Notes: generated by a model from the sequence alone, not told the origin. Positions 27,033-38,127 are shown, counted from the first letter of the stretch. The stretch is 64,000 nucleotides of DNA from an uncultured bacterium (GCA_903922465.1 CAIXTV010000130.1:3315-67314); one strand, 5' to 3'. Numbers and translations: made by a program.

Positions 27033-28820
27033 ATGGAAAACATTCGAAATTTTTGTATTATTGCTCACATCGATCATGGCAAAAGCACTCTTGCCGATCG
27101 ATTGCTTGAATACACCGGAACAATAAACGAAAGAGAACAACAAGATCAGGTGCTCGACGACATGGACCTGGAACGTGAAAGAGGTATCACAATTAAGAGT
27201 CATGCCATTCAGATGGAATATGTCTATAAAGGCAAACCCTATGTTCTCAACCTCATCGACACCCCTGGGCATGTGGATTTTTCCTATGAAGTTTCACGTT
27301 CTATTGCGGCTTGTGAAGGCGCCTTGTTAGTAATTGATGCAACTCAGGGCATTCAAGCTCAAACTATTTCAAATTTATATTTGGCTGTCGAAAATAATCT
27401 GGAGATTATCCCAGTATTAAATAAAATGGACATGGAAAATGCCATGCCCGAAGAAGTAAAAGATCAGATTGTTGATTTGTTAGGCTGCAAAAGAGAAGAT
27501 ATAATTGAAGCCAGCGCTAAATCTGGCTTAGGGATTCCCGTTATTATCGATCAAATAATCAATAAAATACCTGCACCCTCGGGTGATCCAAATGCACCCT
27601 TACAGGCTTTAATTTTTGATTCAGTTTTTAATTCATTTCGTGGCATAATTGCCTACTTTAGAATTTTTAACGGACAAATTCACAAAAACGATTTGGTGAA
27701 ATTTGTTTCTACAGGAAAAGAATATGGGGCTGATGAGATAGGTGTTTTAAAATTGAAGCCCGAAGCAAAAGATGTGCTTTATGCGGGTGATGTAGGCTAT
27801 ATTATTTCAGGGATTAAAGTTTCAAAAGAAGTTAAAGTTGGTGATACTGTGACCCATGTAAGTAATCCTTGCTCCAATTTTATTGAAGGTTTCGAAAATG
27901 TAAAACCTATGTTGTTTGCAGGGATATATCCTGTTAGTGCTGAAGATTATGAAGAACTCCGAAATTCAATTGAAAAACTACAATTGAACGACGCTTCATT
28001 GACTTTTGAACCTGAATCTTCCATTGCTTTAGGTTTTGGGTTTAGATGTGGGTTTTTGGGCCTGCTTCACATGGATATTATTCAAGAAAGGCTTGATAGA
28101 GAGTTTGACATGGATGTAATTACCACAATTCCAAACGTTTCATATAAAGTAATTACTACAAAAGGCGAAAATATCGATGTTCATAATCCACTGAACTTGC
28201 CAAACCCAAGTAAGATTGATCATATTGAAGAACCATATATCATAGCTCAAATCATTACCAAATCGGAGTACGTTGGCCCCATAATGAAACTTTGTATTGA
28301 TAAAAGAGGGATACTCAAAAATCAGGTTTATTTAACTACTGATAGAATTGAAATCACCTTCGAACTTCCTTTAGGTGAAATTGTTTTCGATTTTTATGAT
28401 AAACTTAAAAGCATTTCGAGAGGTTATGCGTCTTTCGATTATTTTCAGTCGAGTTATCAACCCGCCAAATTAGTTCGATTAGATATTTTGCTGAATGGAG
28501 AGCCCGTTGATGCACTTTCTTGCTTGATTCATGCCGATAATTCCTATGATTTTGGCAGAAAAATCTGTTCCAAATTAAGAGAACTCATTCCTCGACATCA
28601 ATTTGACATTGCAATTCAAGCGGCTATTGGTGCAAAAGTAATTGCCCGCGAAACTATTAAAGCCGTCAGGAAAGATGTTACTTCGAAATGCTATGGAGGT
28701 GATATTACGCGTAAGCGTAAATTATTAGAGAAACAGAAAAAAGGAAAGAAACGTATGCGTCAGATAGGCAATGTTGAAGTACCACAGTCAGCGTTTCTAG
28801 CAGTTTTGAAGATCGATTAA
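27033..28820 (+). CDS. lepA: Translation elongation factor 4 (LepA).
   Basis: [37 protein letters not shown], and the C-terminal LepA_C-like region ..[24 protein letters not shown]. The track start at 27024 is TTG. Confidence 0.95.
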   Translation: MENIRNFCIIAHIDHGKSTLADRLLEYTGTINEREQQDQVLDDMDLERERGITIKSHAIQMEYVYKGKPYVLNLIDTPGHVDFSYEVSRSIAACEGALLVIDATQGIQAQTISNLYLAVENNLEIIPVLNKMDMENAMPEEVKDQIVDLLGCKREDIIEASAKSGLGIPVIIDQIINKIPAPSGDPNAPLQALIFDSVFNSFRGIIAYFRIFNGQIHKNDLVKFVSTGKEYGADEIGVLKLKPEAKDVLYAGDVGYIISGIKVSKEVKVGDTVTHVSNPCSNFIEGFENVKPMLFAGIYPVSAEDYEELRNSIEKLQLNDASLTFEPESSIALGFGFRCGFLGLLHMDIIQERLDREFDMDVITTIPNVSYKVITTKGENIDVHNPLNLPNPSKIDHIEEPYIIAQIITKSEYVGPIMKLCIDKRGILKNQVYLTTDRIEITFELPLGEIVFDFYDKLKSISRGYASFDYFQSSYQPAKLVRLDILLNGEPVDALSCLIHADNSYDFGRKICSKLRELIPRHQFDIAIQAAIGAKVIARETIKAVRKDVTSKCYGGDITRKRKLLEKQKKGKKRMRQIGNVEVPQSAFLAVLKID

Positions 28821-28894
28821 AGCATTGATTCTCTTTAATTAAATTCATTTTTTATAGAGGAAATTTTAAATTTGAGACTTAAGATTTAAAGCAA

Positions 28895-29270
28895 AAATCC
28901 TGGGATATTTAGAAAAAATCTTGGGATTTTAAGTTGAAATCCTAGAATATTTTGCAGAAATCCTAGAATATTTTGCAGAAATCCTAGAATATTTTGCAGA
29001 AATCCTGGAATTTTAAGTTGAAATCCTAGAATATTTTGCAGAAATCCTGGAATTTTAAGTTGAAATCCTAGAATATTTTGCAGAAATCCTAGAATATTTT
29101 GAAAAAATCCTAGGATTTTAAATTGAAATAGTGGGATTTCAACTTAAAATAGTGGGATTAAAATTTGAAATTTCAGGATTTTAACTTGAAATAGCGGTAT
29201 AAAAAATTTTTATAGCCGGATTTCAAATCGAAATAGTGGCATAAAAAATCAAAATAACGAGATTTAAAAT
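28895..29270. repeat. Phased 21-bp tandem array organised as a long imperfect palindrome.
   Basis: aaatcc recurs at exact 21-nt steps from 28895 to 29105 (11 units). ggattt recurs at about 21-nt steps from 29113 onward (about 8 inverted units). The centre is the perfect palindrome aaatcctaggattt (29105-29118). Confidence 0.9.
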
Positions 29271-29430
29271 CAGGATTCGCTATAAATATTGATCCATACG
29301 AGAAAAACGCCTTCATTTACATCTTCAATAATCCTTCATTCATTAGCCAAAACTGAGGGCTAACTCTTAGTAATTTCAAACTTAGGTCTTATTTTCTTAT
29401 CCAGAACATCAGTAATTGATATTTTCTTTT

Positions 29431-29438
29431 TACCTTTG
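29431..29438 (+). promoter_or_regulatory. -7 box TACCTTTG for the C25 peptidase gene.
   Basis: 19 nt separate the box from the ATG at 29458. This supports that ATG over the track start at 29416. Confidence 0.45.
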
Positions 29439-29457
29439 TATTGTTAAAACTACAATC

Positions 29458-32400
29458 ATGAAAAAAATATTACTAATATCTGTTATTACTTTCTTTTTAT
29501 TTTCAATCATTACTGTTTCTTTTGCCGGGGAAATTCATTTCAATAAATCCGCTAAACAGGAATTATTAATAATAGAAAACAGTTCTTCGAAACTAATCGT
29601 TAAGAACACATTAAACACATTGGATTATACCCTTGTGAATACTTCAAAAGGGTCACATATCCGCCTTTCGGTTCCCGGATATGCAGCTTCTGAAAAAGTA
29701 GGCATGCCACTATTACCTGTTAACAAATCACTGATAGAAATACCGCTAGGCGCAACCATTAGCTATAAAATCACTTCATTTACGACTGAAGAAATTAAGT
29801 TGGCTGATTTCGGCATCGTTCAACCTTTGTTTCCGGCTCAAGCTCCCATTTCCAAAAGCTTTACGGGTGAAGTTGATTTAGTAAAGAATTCGCAAGCCTA
29901 TCAAAGTCAGGCTTATTTAAATTCAGATTTGGTGAAGATTGACAAAATAGGCATTATGCGAGGGCTCAATCTTGCCCGCTTGAATATTTGTCCGTTTCAG
30001 TACAATCCCGCGAAAAACTCCTTATTAATTTATCACAATATGGTTGTTGAAATTAGTTTTTCAGGGGCTGATGAAACAGCAACTATCGAACTCAAGAAGA
30101 AAAACAATTCGCCTTATTTCGATGCAGTGCAATCCACAGTGATTAATTATAAACCTCTTTTGCAAAAAGATTTGATTACCAAAGCCACAGTCAAATATGT
30201 TATTGTTTCCAACCCTATGTTTCAGGCAACACTTCAGCCTTTTATTCAGTGGAAAACCAAAAAGGGGTTCAATGTAATTGAGGCTTACACAAATAATCCA
30301 CTTGTCGGCAGCACAACCACTTCAATAAAAGCCTATTTGCAAGGGCTATATAATGCAGGAACTCCTGCCGACCCTGCTCCTTCTTTTGTTTTGTTTGTTG
30401 GCGACATTGCTCAGCTTCCTTCCTTTGATGGCACAACAGGAACTCATCCAACTGACCTTTACTATTGCGAATACACAGGCGATTTCCTACCCGAAGTGTA
30501 TTATGGAAGATTTTCTGCTGAAAATGTAGATCAATTGGCTCCACAACTCAGCAAAACCCTAGAATATGAACAATACCTCATGCCTGATCCTTCTTTTCTG
30601 AATCAAGTGGTGATGATAGCAGGGGTCGACGCTGGAATGGCTCCTACTTATGGTAATGGTCAAATTAATTATGGCACTCAAAATTATTTCAATTCCACTT
30701 TTGGACTTACTTCACACACCTACTTATACCCTGCATCTGAAACTTCAGCAGCTCAAATCATACAAGATGTGAACAATGGTTGTGGTTTTGCAAATTACAC
30801 TGCACACGGCTCTCCTTCCGGTTGGTCTAGCCCTGGTTTCTCGGTAAGTGATGTTAGTGGACTTACCAACAGCCATAAATATCCATTAATGGTAGGCAAT
30901 TGTTGTTTAACAAATAAATTTGATGAAACCGAATGCTTTGGCGAAGCCCTATTAAGGGCAACCAACAAAGGAGCCATTGGCTATATAGGTGGTTCGAACA
31001 GCACCTATTGGGATGAAGATTATTTTTGGGGAGTTGGAGTTAAAGCCATAAGTGCTAACCCTTCCTACTTAGCTTCCGCATTAGGCTCTTACGACAGGAC
31101 TTTTCATTCGCATGGCGAAACTTATTCAAATTGGTTTGTAACCCAAGGTCAAATGGTGATTGCTGGTAATTTAGCCGTTACACAAGGTTCTGCCGGCAGC
31201 ATGAATTACTATTGGGAAATCTATCATTTAATGGGCGACCCTTCTCTAATGGTGTATTATTCGGTTCCTCCTACCCTAACCAATAGTTATGCTCCATTCA
31301 TTCCTCTTGCTGCAACAACCTTTTCTGTTACTACCGAACCATACGCATATGTTGCTGTATCAATGGGAGGCATTTTACACGGAGCTGATTTCGCTGATTC
31401 AACTGGGATATGCAATCTAAACATTCTTCCTTTTAATATTCCCGGCTCAGCCGATGTAGTGATGACAAAGCAAAATCGTCAGCCTTTTATAGGCACAGTA
31501 AATATTCAAACTCCAACAGGCCCTTATGTGGTTTATAAATCTCATATTCAAAATGACCCCACAGGCAACAACAACCACCTTGCCGATTTCAATGAAATCA
31601 TTTCTCTTGATGTTACCCTGAAAAATTATGGCATAAACGACACTCTTGTTTCTGCCATTTTATATACTGCTGATACCATGGTAAGCATTCTTGACAGTAC
31701 CCATGCATGGGGTTTCATTGCTCAAAACGATTCCCTTGCCAAGTCGAATGCATTTTCTTTTAAGGTTAAGAACTTCATTACCGATCAACACAATGTTGTT
31801 TTTAATATTAAAGTGACGGATAATTTAGGGAATATTTGGATATCCACATTAACAGTAAAACTGAATGCTCCAGCTTTGGCCGCAGGAAATATGATAATTG
31901 CTGATAATGGAAATCACAACGGCAGGCTCGACCCAGGTGAAACGGCCACAATAACAATCACCAACCATAATTACGGTCATTCAATAGCAACAAACACAAC
32001 TGGGACCTTGTCAACCCAAAGTTCATTGATTACTATAACTAATCCAACGTCCCCAGTCGGGAATCTTCCAATTGGGGGAGATGGCAGTGCAACATTTAAT
32101 GTCATTGTTAGCAGTTCTGCTACATTAGGAACTTATCTTCCTTTGAACTACAACGTTGAATCTACCCCTTACCAAAACAGTAAAATATTTAGCACTATGA
32201 TTGGTTTGGTTTCTGAAGATTGGGAAACAGGAAGTTTTACAAAATTCAGCTGGACCCAAGTGAATACTTCTCTTTGGTCAATATCAAATATTCTTCCTTA
32301 CGAGGGTGTTTATTGTGCACAATCGGGCGCTATTTCAGACAACGAATCTAATGCCATACAAATATCAATGAATGTGTTAGCCGATGATAGTATTTCATTT

Positions 32401-32913
32401 TACAAAAAGGTTTCTTCCGAACTAAATTACGATTTCCTTGAATTTTATATTGATAATGTAAAAATTGATGAATGGTCAGGAGTCCAATCATGGAGTCGTG
32501 TTGTGTATCCTGTAATTTTCGGCAACCATACTTTTAGGTGGACTTATAGCAAAGACATCTCTTCAATTGGAGGAGAAGATAAAGCTTGGGTGGATTATAT
32601 CTTATTTCCTCCTGCTATTATTTCAAATGGGCTAAATGAAACTTCCAATGAGGATAATCAATTGATTATTTATCCTAACCCTGCAAAGGATGCTGTTCAA
32701 ATTTCATTTAACATGAATCAGTCTGCAAAAGTAGAAGCATCAATATATAATTCATTAGGGAAAAAACTTATTGTTATTCAAACATACAAAGAATTAGGGG
32801 TAGGAAATCAAATCATTAATATGTCTACCGAAAGCTTAACCTCAGGTATTTATTTTGTAAAACTAAACATTGGGAATAATCAGAAAACCATAAAGTTGAT
32901 TATTAACAAGTAA
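29458..32913 (+). CDS. Peptidase C25 (gingipain-like cysteine protease) with a T9SS type A CTD.
   Basis: YVIVSNPMFQATLQPFIQWKTKKGF; catalytic-type ANYTAHGSPSGW and PLMVGNCCLTNKFDE; C-terminal IYPNPAKDAVQISF...GIYFVKLNIGNNQKTIKLIINK. Confidence 0.85.
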   Translation: MKKILLISVITFFLFSIITVSFAGEIHFNKSAKQELLIIENSSSKLIVKNTLNTLDYTLVNTSKGSHIRLSVPGYAASEKVGMPLLPVNKSLIEIPLGATISYKITSFTTEEIKLADFGIVQPLFPAQAPISKSFTGEVDLVKNSQAYQSQAYLNSDLVKIDKIGIMRGLNLARLNICPFQYNPAKNSLLIYHNMVVEISFSGADETATIELKKKNNSPYFDAVQSTVINYKPLLQKDLITKATVKYVIVSNPMFQATLQPFIQWKTKKGFNVIEAYTNNPLVGSTTTSIKAYLQGLYNAGTPADPAPSFVLFVGDIAQLPSFDGTTGTHPTDLYYCEYTGDFLPEVYYGRFSAENVDQLAPQLSKTLEYEQYLMPDPSFLNQVVMIAGVDAGMAPTYGNGQINYGTQNYFNSTFGLTSHTYLYPASETSAAQIIQDVNNGCGFANYTAHGSPSGWSSPGFSVSDVSGLTNSHKYPLMVGNCCLTNKFDETECFGEALLRATNKGAIGYIGGSNSTYWDEDYFWGVGVKAISANPSYLASALGSYDRTFHSHGETYSNWFVTQGQMVIAGNLAVTQGSAGSMNYYWEIYHLMGDPSLMVYYSVPPTLTNSYAPFIPLAATTFSVTTEPYAYVAVSMGGILHGADFADSTGICNLNILPFNIPGSADVVMTKQNRQPFIGTVNIQTPTGPYVVYKSHIQNDPTGNNNHLADFNEIISLDVTLKNYGINDTLVSAILYTADTMVSILDSTHAWGFIAQNDSLAKSNAFSFKVKNFITDQHNVVFNIKVTDNLGNIWISTLTVKLNAPALAAGNMIIADNGNHNGRLDPGETATITITNHNYGHSIATNTTGTLSTQSSLITITNPTSPVGNLPIGGDGSATFNVIVSSSATLGTYLPLNYNVESTPYQNSKIFSTMIGLVSEDWETGSFTKFSWTQVNTSLWSISNILPYEGVYCAQSGAISDNESNAIQISMNVLADDSISFYKKVSSELNYDFLEFYIDNVKIDEWSGVQSWSRVVYPVIFGNHTFRWTYSKDISSIGGEDKAWVDYILFPPAIISNGLNETSNEDNQLIIYPNPAKDAVQISFNMNQSAKVEASIYNSLGKKLIVIQTYKELGVGNQIINMSTESLTSGIYFVKLNIGNNQKTIKLIINK

Positions 32914-32952
32914 GAATATTACCAATAATCCACACAATTGAACTTTAAAAAC

Positions 32953-32985
32953 AAAAAAACCTTCTTGAATCAAGAAGGTTTTTTT
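32953..32985. terminator. Bidirectional rho-independent terminator.
   Basis: A7 run, stem ccttctt / aagaagg, T7 run. It lies between the convergent C25 and oxidoreductase genes. Confidence 0.7.
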
Positions 32986-33002
32986 ATTTGAATACTTTAA
33001 CT

Positions 33003-33554
33003 TTAAAGAGTATGAACAGGATAAATAATATTCTTTCCTGTTTCAATTGCTTTTTCATTCTCCGGAATCATACCATGATGACGTTTAGGAAGTGATTTCT
33101 CTAATCCTTTGTGCATAAACTCAGGTAAAATAATAGGCTTTAATTTCAGATAACCACCAAGTACAATCATGTTAAACACTTTTGATATACCTAATTTTGC
33201 CGCTTCATCATTAGCATCTATTCTGTAAATGTTAATATCTTTACGTTCAGGATGTCTAGTTATTCCATTGCCGTCATAAACCAACAAACCACCTGGTTTA
33301 ACAGTGCTTTCAAACTTATCCATCGATTGTTGGTTGAGGATAATTGCGGTATCATATTGATGTACAATTGGAGAACTAATGCGTTCATCGCTTATAATTA
33401 CTGTGACATTTGCAGTCCCTCCTCTCATTTCAGGCCCATACGATGGCATCCATGAAACTTCTTGGTTTTGCATAACGCCTGAATAAGCGAGTATTTTCCC
33501 CATTGAAAGGACACCTTGTCCTCCAAATCCAGCTATAATAATTTCTTCTGTCAT
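33003..33554 (-). CDS. 2-oxoacid:ferredoxin oxidoreductase, gamma subunit.
   Basis: MTEEIIIAGFGGQGVLSMGKILA and the four-gene context. Confidence 0.85.
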   Translation of the reverse strand: MTEEIIIAGFGGQGVLSMGKILAYSGVMQNQEVSWMPSYGPEMRGGTANVTVIISDERISSPIVHQYDTAIILNQQSMDKFESTVKPGGLLVYDGNGITRHPERKDINIYRIDANDEAAKLGISKVFNMIVLGGYLKLKPIILPEFMHKGLEKSLPKRHHGMIPENEKAIETGKNIIYPVHTL

Positions 33555-33589
33555 AATTTCAATGTTTTTTAAAAGCTTAATTCAAAAAT

Positions 33590-34360
33590 TTATTCAACAG
33601 GTAATTTAATGTCACCCAAAGGATAGAAAGGAAACATATTTTCTTCCATCCATACATTGGATTGAACTGGAGTCATTTTCCAACCCGAGTTACAATTCGA
33701 AACAAATTCAACAAAAGAAAGTCCTTTATCAAGCTTCTGATTTTCAAATGCAATGCGGATTGCTTTTTTTGCTTTACGAACCGCTGATGGTGTATGAACA
33801 GCTTGACGTGTTACGTATCTTACACCTGGTAATTGAGCAACTAGTTCAGTTATTTTAAGAGGGTTTCCCATCATTTTCACATCTCTTCCGTAAGGGCAAG
33901 TTGATGCTTTCATTCCAGGAAGCGTAGTTGGTGCCATTTGACCTCCTGTCATTCCATAAATTCCATTGTTTACAAAGAAAATCGAAATGTTTTCACCTCT
34001 ATTGCATGCATGAATAGTTTCTGCAGTTCCAATTGCAGCTAAATCTCCATCACCTTGATAAGTAAATACATATTTTTCTGGCATTACACGCTTAACTCCT
34101 GTTGCAACAGCTGGAGCTCTACCATGAGCTGCTTGTTGCATATCTACTTCCAGAAATTCATAAGCTAAAACAGAACAACCTACAGGTGCAATACCTATAG
34201 TTTCCGCCTGTATACCCATTTCTTCAACCACTTCCATAATAAGTCTATGAACGGTTCCATGTCCACATCCTGGACAATAGCTAAGTGCTTTTGGTGTAAG
34301 TAAACTAGTTCTTTTATAAACCAGATTTTCTTCTTTAATTATATCTTCTCTTGTTAACAT
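33590..34360 (-). CDS. 2-oxoacid:ferredoxin oxidoreductase, beta (TPP-binding) subunit.
   Basis: YCPGCGHG and YQGDGDLAAIG. The track start at 34375 is TTG; I use the ATG at 34360. Confidence 0.87.
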   Translation of the reverse strand: MLTREDIIKEENLVYKRTSLLTPKALSYCPGCGHGTVHRLIMEVVEEMGIQAETIGIAPVGCSVLAYEFLEVDMQQAAHGRAPAVATGVKRVMPEKYVFTYQGDGDLAAIGTAETIHACNRGENISIFFVNNGIYGMTGGQMAPTTLPGMKASTCPYGRDVKMMGNPLKITELVAQLPGVRYVTRQAVHTPSAVRKAKKAIRIAFENQKLDKGLSFVEFVSNCNSGWKMTPVQSNVWMEENMFPFYPLGDIKLPVE

Positions 34361-34364
34361 ATTA

Positions 34365-35447
34365 CTATCCTCCAATTATTTTTTGTATCAAAGCTGTTAG
34401 AACTTCATCTGGATTGGGGATAACACCACCAAATCGCCCAAAGTATTCCACTTTATTTTTACCATTTACTGCTAAACGAACATCTTCAACCATTTGACCT
34501 AAATTCATTTCCACTACCAAAAAGCCTTTAACCTGATCTGCCAATTCAGAAATTCGTTCTGATGGAAATGGGAAAAGGGTAATTGGTCTTAAAAGTCCCA
34601 CTTTAATTCCTTTTGCACGTGCCATATCAATTGACTTTTGGCAAATACGGGCACTCGACCCAAAAGCTACCAAAATATACTCTGCATCTTCGGTCGCAAT
34701 TTCCTCAAAGCGAACATCCTCTGCTTCCATTCTGATATATTTGTCACGCAAATCACAAACATGTTTTTCTTGGACATATGGGTCAAGATAAAGAGAGGTA
34801 ATAATATTTCTTTCTCTATCAGGAGTTCTCCCGGTAGTTGCCCAAGGGGTATTTTTAATAATCTCTTCTTGAGTTAAGCGAGCTTGAGGTTCAAAAAGTT
34901 CAACTTTCTCCATCATTTGCCCAATAACTCCATCGGTTAATATCATTACCGGATTGCGATATTTAAAAGCAAGTTCAAAGCCGAGAGGAACAAAATCGCA
35001 CATTTCCTGAACAGATGCAGGAGCTAATACCAACATACGATAATCTCCATGCCCTCCTCCTTTTGTTGCCTGAAAATAATCAGATTGAGAAGGCTGTATC
35101 GTTCCTAAACCAGGACCACCACGAACCACATTAACAATAACACAAGGCAATTCGGATCCTGCAATGTAAGAAATACCTTCCATCTTGAGACTAATCCCAG
35201 GGCTGGAAGAAGAGGTTAAAGTACGTTTTCCACAAGCAGCAGCGGCATAAACCATATTAATAGCTGCCACTTCGCTTTCAGCTTGTAAAACAACCATCCC
35301 TGTTTGTTCCCAAGGCTTTTCTGCCATTAAGTATTCTAGAATTTCAGACTGGGGTGTAATAGGATATCCGAAATAGGCATCTGCTCCTGCCCTAATGGCA
35401 GCTTCAGCTATTGCTTCATTCCCTTTCATTAATTTTAATTCTTTCAT
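34365..35447 (-). CDS. 2-oxoacid:ferredoxin oxidoreductase, alpha subunit.
   Basis: MKELKLMKGNEAIAEAAIRAGADAYFGYPITPQSE. The upstream track extension overlaps the delta subunit gene. Confidence 0.87.
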   Translation of the reverse strand: MKELKLMKGNEAIAEAAIRAGADAYFGYPITPQSEILEYLMAEKPWEQTGMVVLQAESEVAAINMVYAAAACGKRTLTSSSSPGISLKMEGISYIAGSELPCVIVNVVRGGPGLGTIQPSQSDYFQATKGGGHGDYRMLVLAPASVQEMCDFVPLGFELAFKYRNPVMILTDGVIGQMMEKVELFEPQARLTQEEIIKNTPWATTGRTPDRERNIITSLYLDPYVQEKHVCDLRDKYIRMEAEDVRFEEIATEDAEYILVAFGSSARICQKSIDMARAKGIKVGLLRPITLFPFPSERISELADQVKGFLVVEMNLGQMVEDVRLAVNGKNKVEYFGRFGGVIPNPDEVLTALIQKIIGG

Positions 35448-35466
35448 CGTTGGAAATATTTTATGA

Positions 35467-35694
35467 TTATTCGTTAGTTTTAACTCTATAAACCGATATT
35501 GCACCATCAGGACATACAATTGCGCAATTCACACAACCAGTGCATCCTTCTGTTACTTCTACGGCATAACGATATCCTTTTTTGTTAACTAATTTTGACA
35601 TTGAAAGGACAGAAGCTGGACATGCACCAATACATATTTCACAACCTTTACATCTTTCAATATCAATAACTAGAGTTCCTTTTACTTTAGCCAT
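35467..35694 (-). CDS. 4Fe-4S dicluster ferredoxin-type delta subunit.
   Basis: Two CxxCxxCxxxCP motifs (CKGCEICIGACP, CTGCVNCAIVCP). Confidence 0.82.
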   Translation of the reverse strand: MAKVKGTLVIDIERCKGCEICIGACPASVLSMSKLVNKKGYRYAVEVTEGCTGCVNCAIVCPDGAISVYRVKTNE

Positions 35695-35786
35695 TGTAAT
35701 ATATTTTAGTTTTAAACTTTTATTTGTTTTTGTAGTCCTGCAAAGAAAACAATTTTAATCGGAACTATATGGTTTTTTTTCAATTA

Positions 35787-37109
35787 TTATGAATTGAGAG
35801 GATGGTTTTCGTTGAATTTCCTAAGCCTAGATTCAAGAGTAGGGAATTGTCCCCTGTCAACTAAAGAAACACATGCTCTTAAACCCTCTAAACGTTCACT
35901 GCCTGTTATTGCTAAAGAAATAGCACTAATACCATAATATAAAAACTTCTCAATCAATTGTTCTCCGGTAAATCCAGGATATGAAATGGTAAAATAAAAT
36001 CCATCAGCCAACTCCAAGTCTTCATCTTTGTCATAAACAATTTCAAAACCATTATCGGTAAACATCTTCTTCATAATAATTGCCTTTTCACCGTATTCTT
36101 TAACTGAATCAACAAAATTGAAACTTCCTTCATTTGCAGCTTTAAGCATTGCAGCAAGGGCATATTGTGCCGAATGAGAAGTACCCGAACTTAAAGAGTA
36201 TACCGTTCCAAATATCATTGCTCGCCCAAACATATCTGACGAATAATATTTAAGTAAATCAGGAGAGGAGGTATTAAAGAGTTTATCTGAAATTACCATC
36301 ATTCCGATTCGTTCTCCTGCATAGCTAAATGCCTTGGAACTAGAAATAAATAAAATAAAGTTATCTGTATATTTTGCAACTGAAGGCTGATAAGGTGGTA
36401 CTCCAGGTTTCGAATAATCCTTCCTGAAGTCCATACAAAAATAAGCAAGGTCTTCCATTACAATTACATTATACTTATTGGCCAATTCTGCGATAATACG
36501 CAGTTCCTTATCGGTAAAACATATCCATGAAGGATTGTTTGGGTTCGAATATAGTAATGAAGAAATGTTTCCTTTTATAAGATACGATTCGAGTTTATCT
36601 CTAAGCTTATCCCCGCGGTAGTTATACACGTCAAAACTTTCAAATGGAACTCCTAACACCTTGCACTGTTGTTTATGAACCGGAAAACCAGGATCTAAAA
36701 ATAATGTCGTGTTTTTTTCTTTATGAATACGGTTTACTGTCATAAAACAGGCAAATCCACCTTGCATTGAACCAACAGTCGGTATACAGTTATATGCAGG
36801 CACATCAACGTCTAAAAAGAGTTTAACGAAACGTGATATTTCAGCTTTCAGAATGGGAACGCCATCAATGTCAGGATAAATTGCTGCAACTCCTTTTTTT
36901 AAAGCTTCAATTTGAGCATTCACACCAATATAAGAAGCGGGAATACCTGGCACACCCATTTCCATACGAATAAATTTCTGGCCACTTTCTTTTTCAATTT
37001 CATCTATCAGTCGTTTGGTTTCACGAATAGAAGCTTTTCCTACAGCTGGCAGGTTACTTTCTGCGATTTTTTTTAAAACAATGTCTTGGGGGATGGGAGT
37101 ATCAATCAT
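35787..37109 (-). CDS. PLP-dependent class I/II aminotransferase.
   Basis: 440 aa with the PLP-lysine region FISSSKAFSYAGERIG. Confidence 0.72.
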   Translation of the reverse strand: MIDTPIPQDIVLKKIAESNLPAVGKASIRETKRLIDEIEKESGQKFIRMEMGVPGIPASYIGVNAQIEALKKGVAAIYPDIDGVPILKAEISRFVKLFLDVDVPAYNCIPTVGSMQGGFACFMTVNRIHKEKNTTLFLDPGFPVHKQQCKVLGVPFESFDVYNYRGDKLRDKLESYLIKGNISSLLYSNPNNPSWICFTDKELRIIAELANKYNVIVMEDLAYFCMDFRKDYSKPGVPPYQPSVAKYTDNFILFISSSKAFSYAGERIGMMVISDKLFNTSSPDLLKYYSSDMFGRAMIFGTVYSLSSGTSHSAQYALAAMLKAANEGSFNFVDSVKEYGEKAIIMKKMFTDNGFEIVYDKDEDLELADGFYFTISYPGFTGEQLIEKFLYYGISAISLAITGSERLEGLRACVSLVDRGQFPTLESRLRKFNENHPLNS

Positions 37110-37133
37110 TTGATTATATGTTATAGTGAAGAT

Positions 37134-37832
37134 TTATTTTTTCGTCTTTAAAATGGCAATGGAAAGTAAAATACCCAAAAATACACTCAGTAGGGCTGCA
37201 AACAATACTTGAAATTCTTCAGGAAGTAAAAATGTAAGGGTATGAGCTGGAATCCAAAACAGAGGAATTGTTCTAGCAAAAACAAATCCCCATTGAACTT
37301 TCCAATCGATTCCTTTTAGTATTTCACCAAATTGGATGGGATGAATAAAAGCTTCTAACGCCCCATTCCATTTATGTATATGAGTATCTGTAATCTTATG
37401 AAAAGTCATCATAACTGGAGCAAATATCAGGTTCATACAAAAACTGATACTAAATGCAGTTAAGAGTTTAATCCCTGAAAAATCCTCTTTAAGAGATAAT
37501 TTTGAACCTTGTATGCCAAGATATTCAAGAAATGCGGGTGTTCCATTGCGGAAAATCGAAAAAGCAGCTACTATAGAGACACCTAAAAAACCCCACACAA
37601 TTGCTTTTGCAAAAAGCCCAAACCCTTTTTCATTATAGACCCCTTTCTTAATCCTTAGTCCAATGGATTCCCCAAGTGTTGACAATAAGGCAAACTTAAT
37701 AAAACCCATAATAAGTCCATGGTCTTTATTAAATTGAAAGTAAAAATTGTACACATCACTAAAGATAAAAAAAGGCAATAACAACAATATCAAAATAAAA
37801 ATTAAGCCTAAGTCGTTTCTTTTCACAAGCAA
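37134..37832 (-). CDS. Polytopic membrane protein of unknown function.
   Basis: Hydrophobicity only. The start is uncertain (TTG at 37832 or GTG at 37826). A TAAATTTG box lies at 37866-37873. Confidence 0.45.
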   Translation of the reverse strand: MLVKRNDLGLIFILILLLLPFFIFSDVYNFYFQFNKDHGLIMGFIKFALLSTLGESIGLRIKKGVYNEKGFGLFAKAIVWGFLGVSIVAAFSIFRNGTPAFLEYLGIQGSKLSLKEDFSGIKLLTAFSISFCMNLIFAPVMMTFHKITDTHIHKWNGALEAFIHPIQFGEILKGIDWKVQWGFVFARTIPLFWIPAHTLTFLLPEEFQVLFAALLSVFLGILLSIAILKTKK

Positions 37833-38127
37833 TTTTATTAATTATGGAAATATTTCCACCGTTGACAAATTTAAACGGATTTTTATTAACTCCAAGAATT
37901 CAACGAAAATATTTTTCGAAATATATTTACTGACCATTTTTGCCAGCCTTTTAAATTGCCTATTGACTCTTAAATATGCTTGTAATCAAATGAATAATAA
38001 TTCTAAATAATTCTCTTTAGCTAATTTAAACAAAATGAAATCAAAATTAAAAAGCACAATCCTTCCCAATTTTTCTTTTGAAGTTTTCAAAAAACGGCTT
38101 ATTACGCTTTTCTATAAAATTATACTG

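Noticed and set aside
28895-29270. A possible CRISPR array. The same question applies to the arrays at 16731-16890, 42132-42420, 55108-55296 and 62491-62700.
   Set aside because: The units are directly contiguous with no unique spacers. Periods are 21-43 bp in total, the units degenerate gradually, and no cas genes are in the window.
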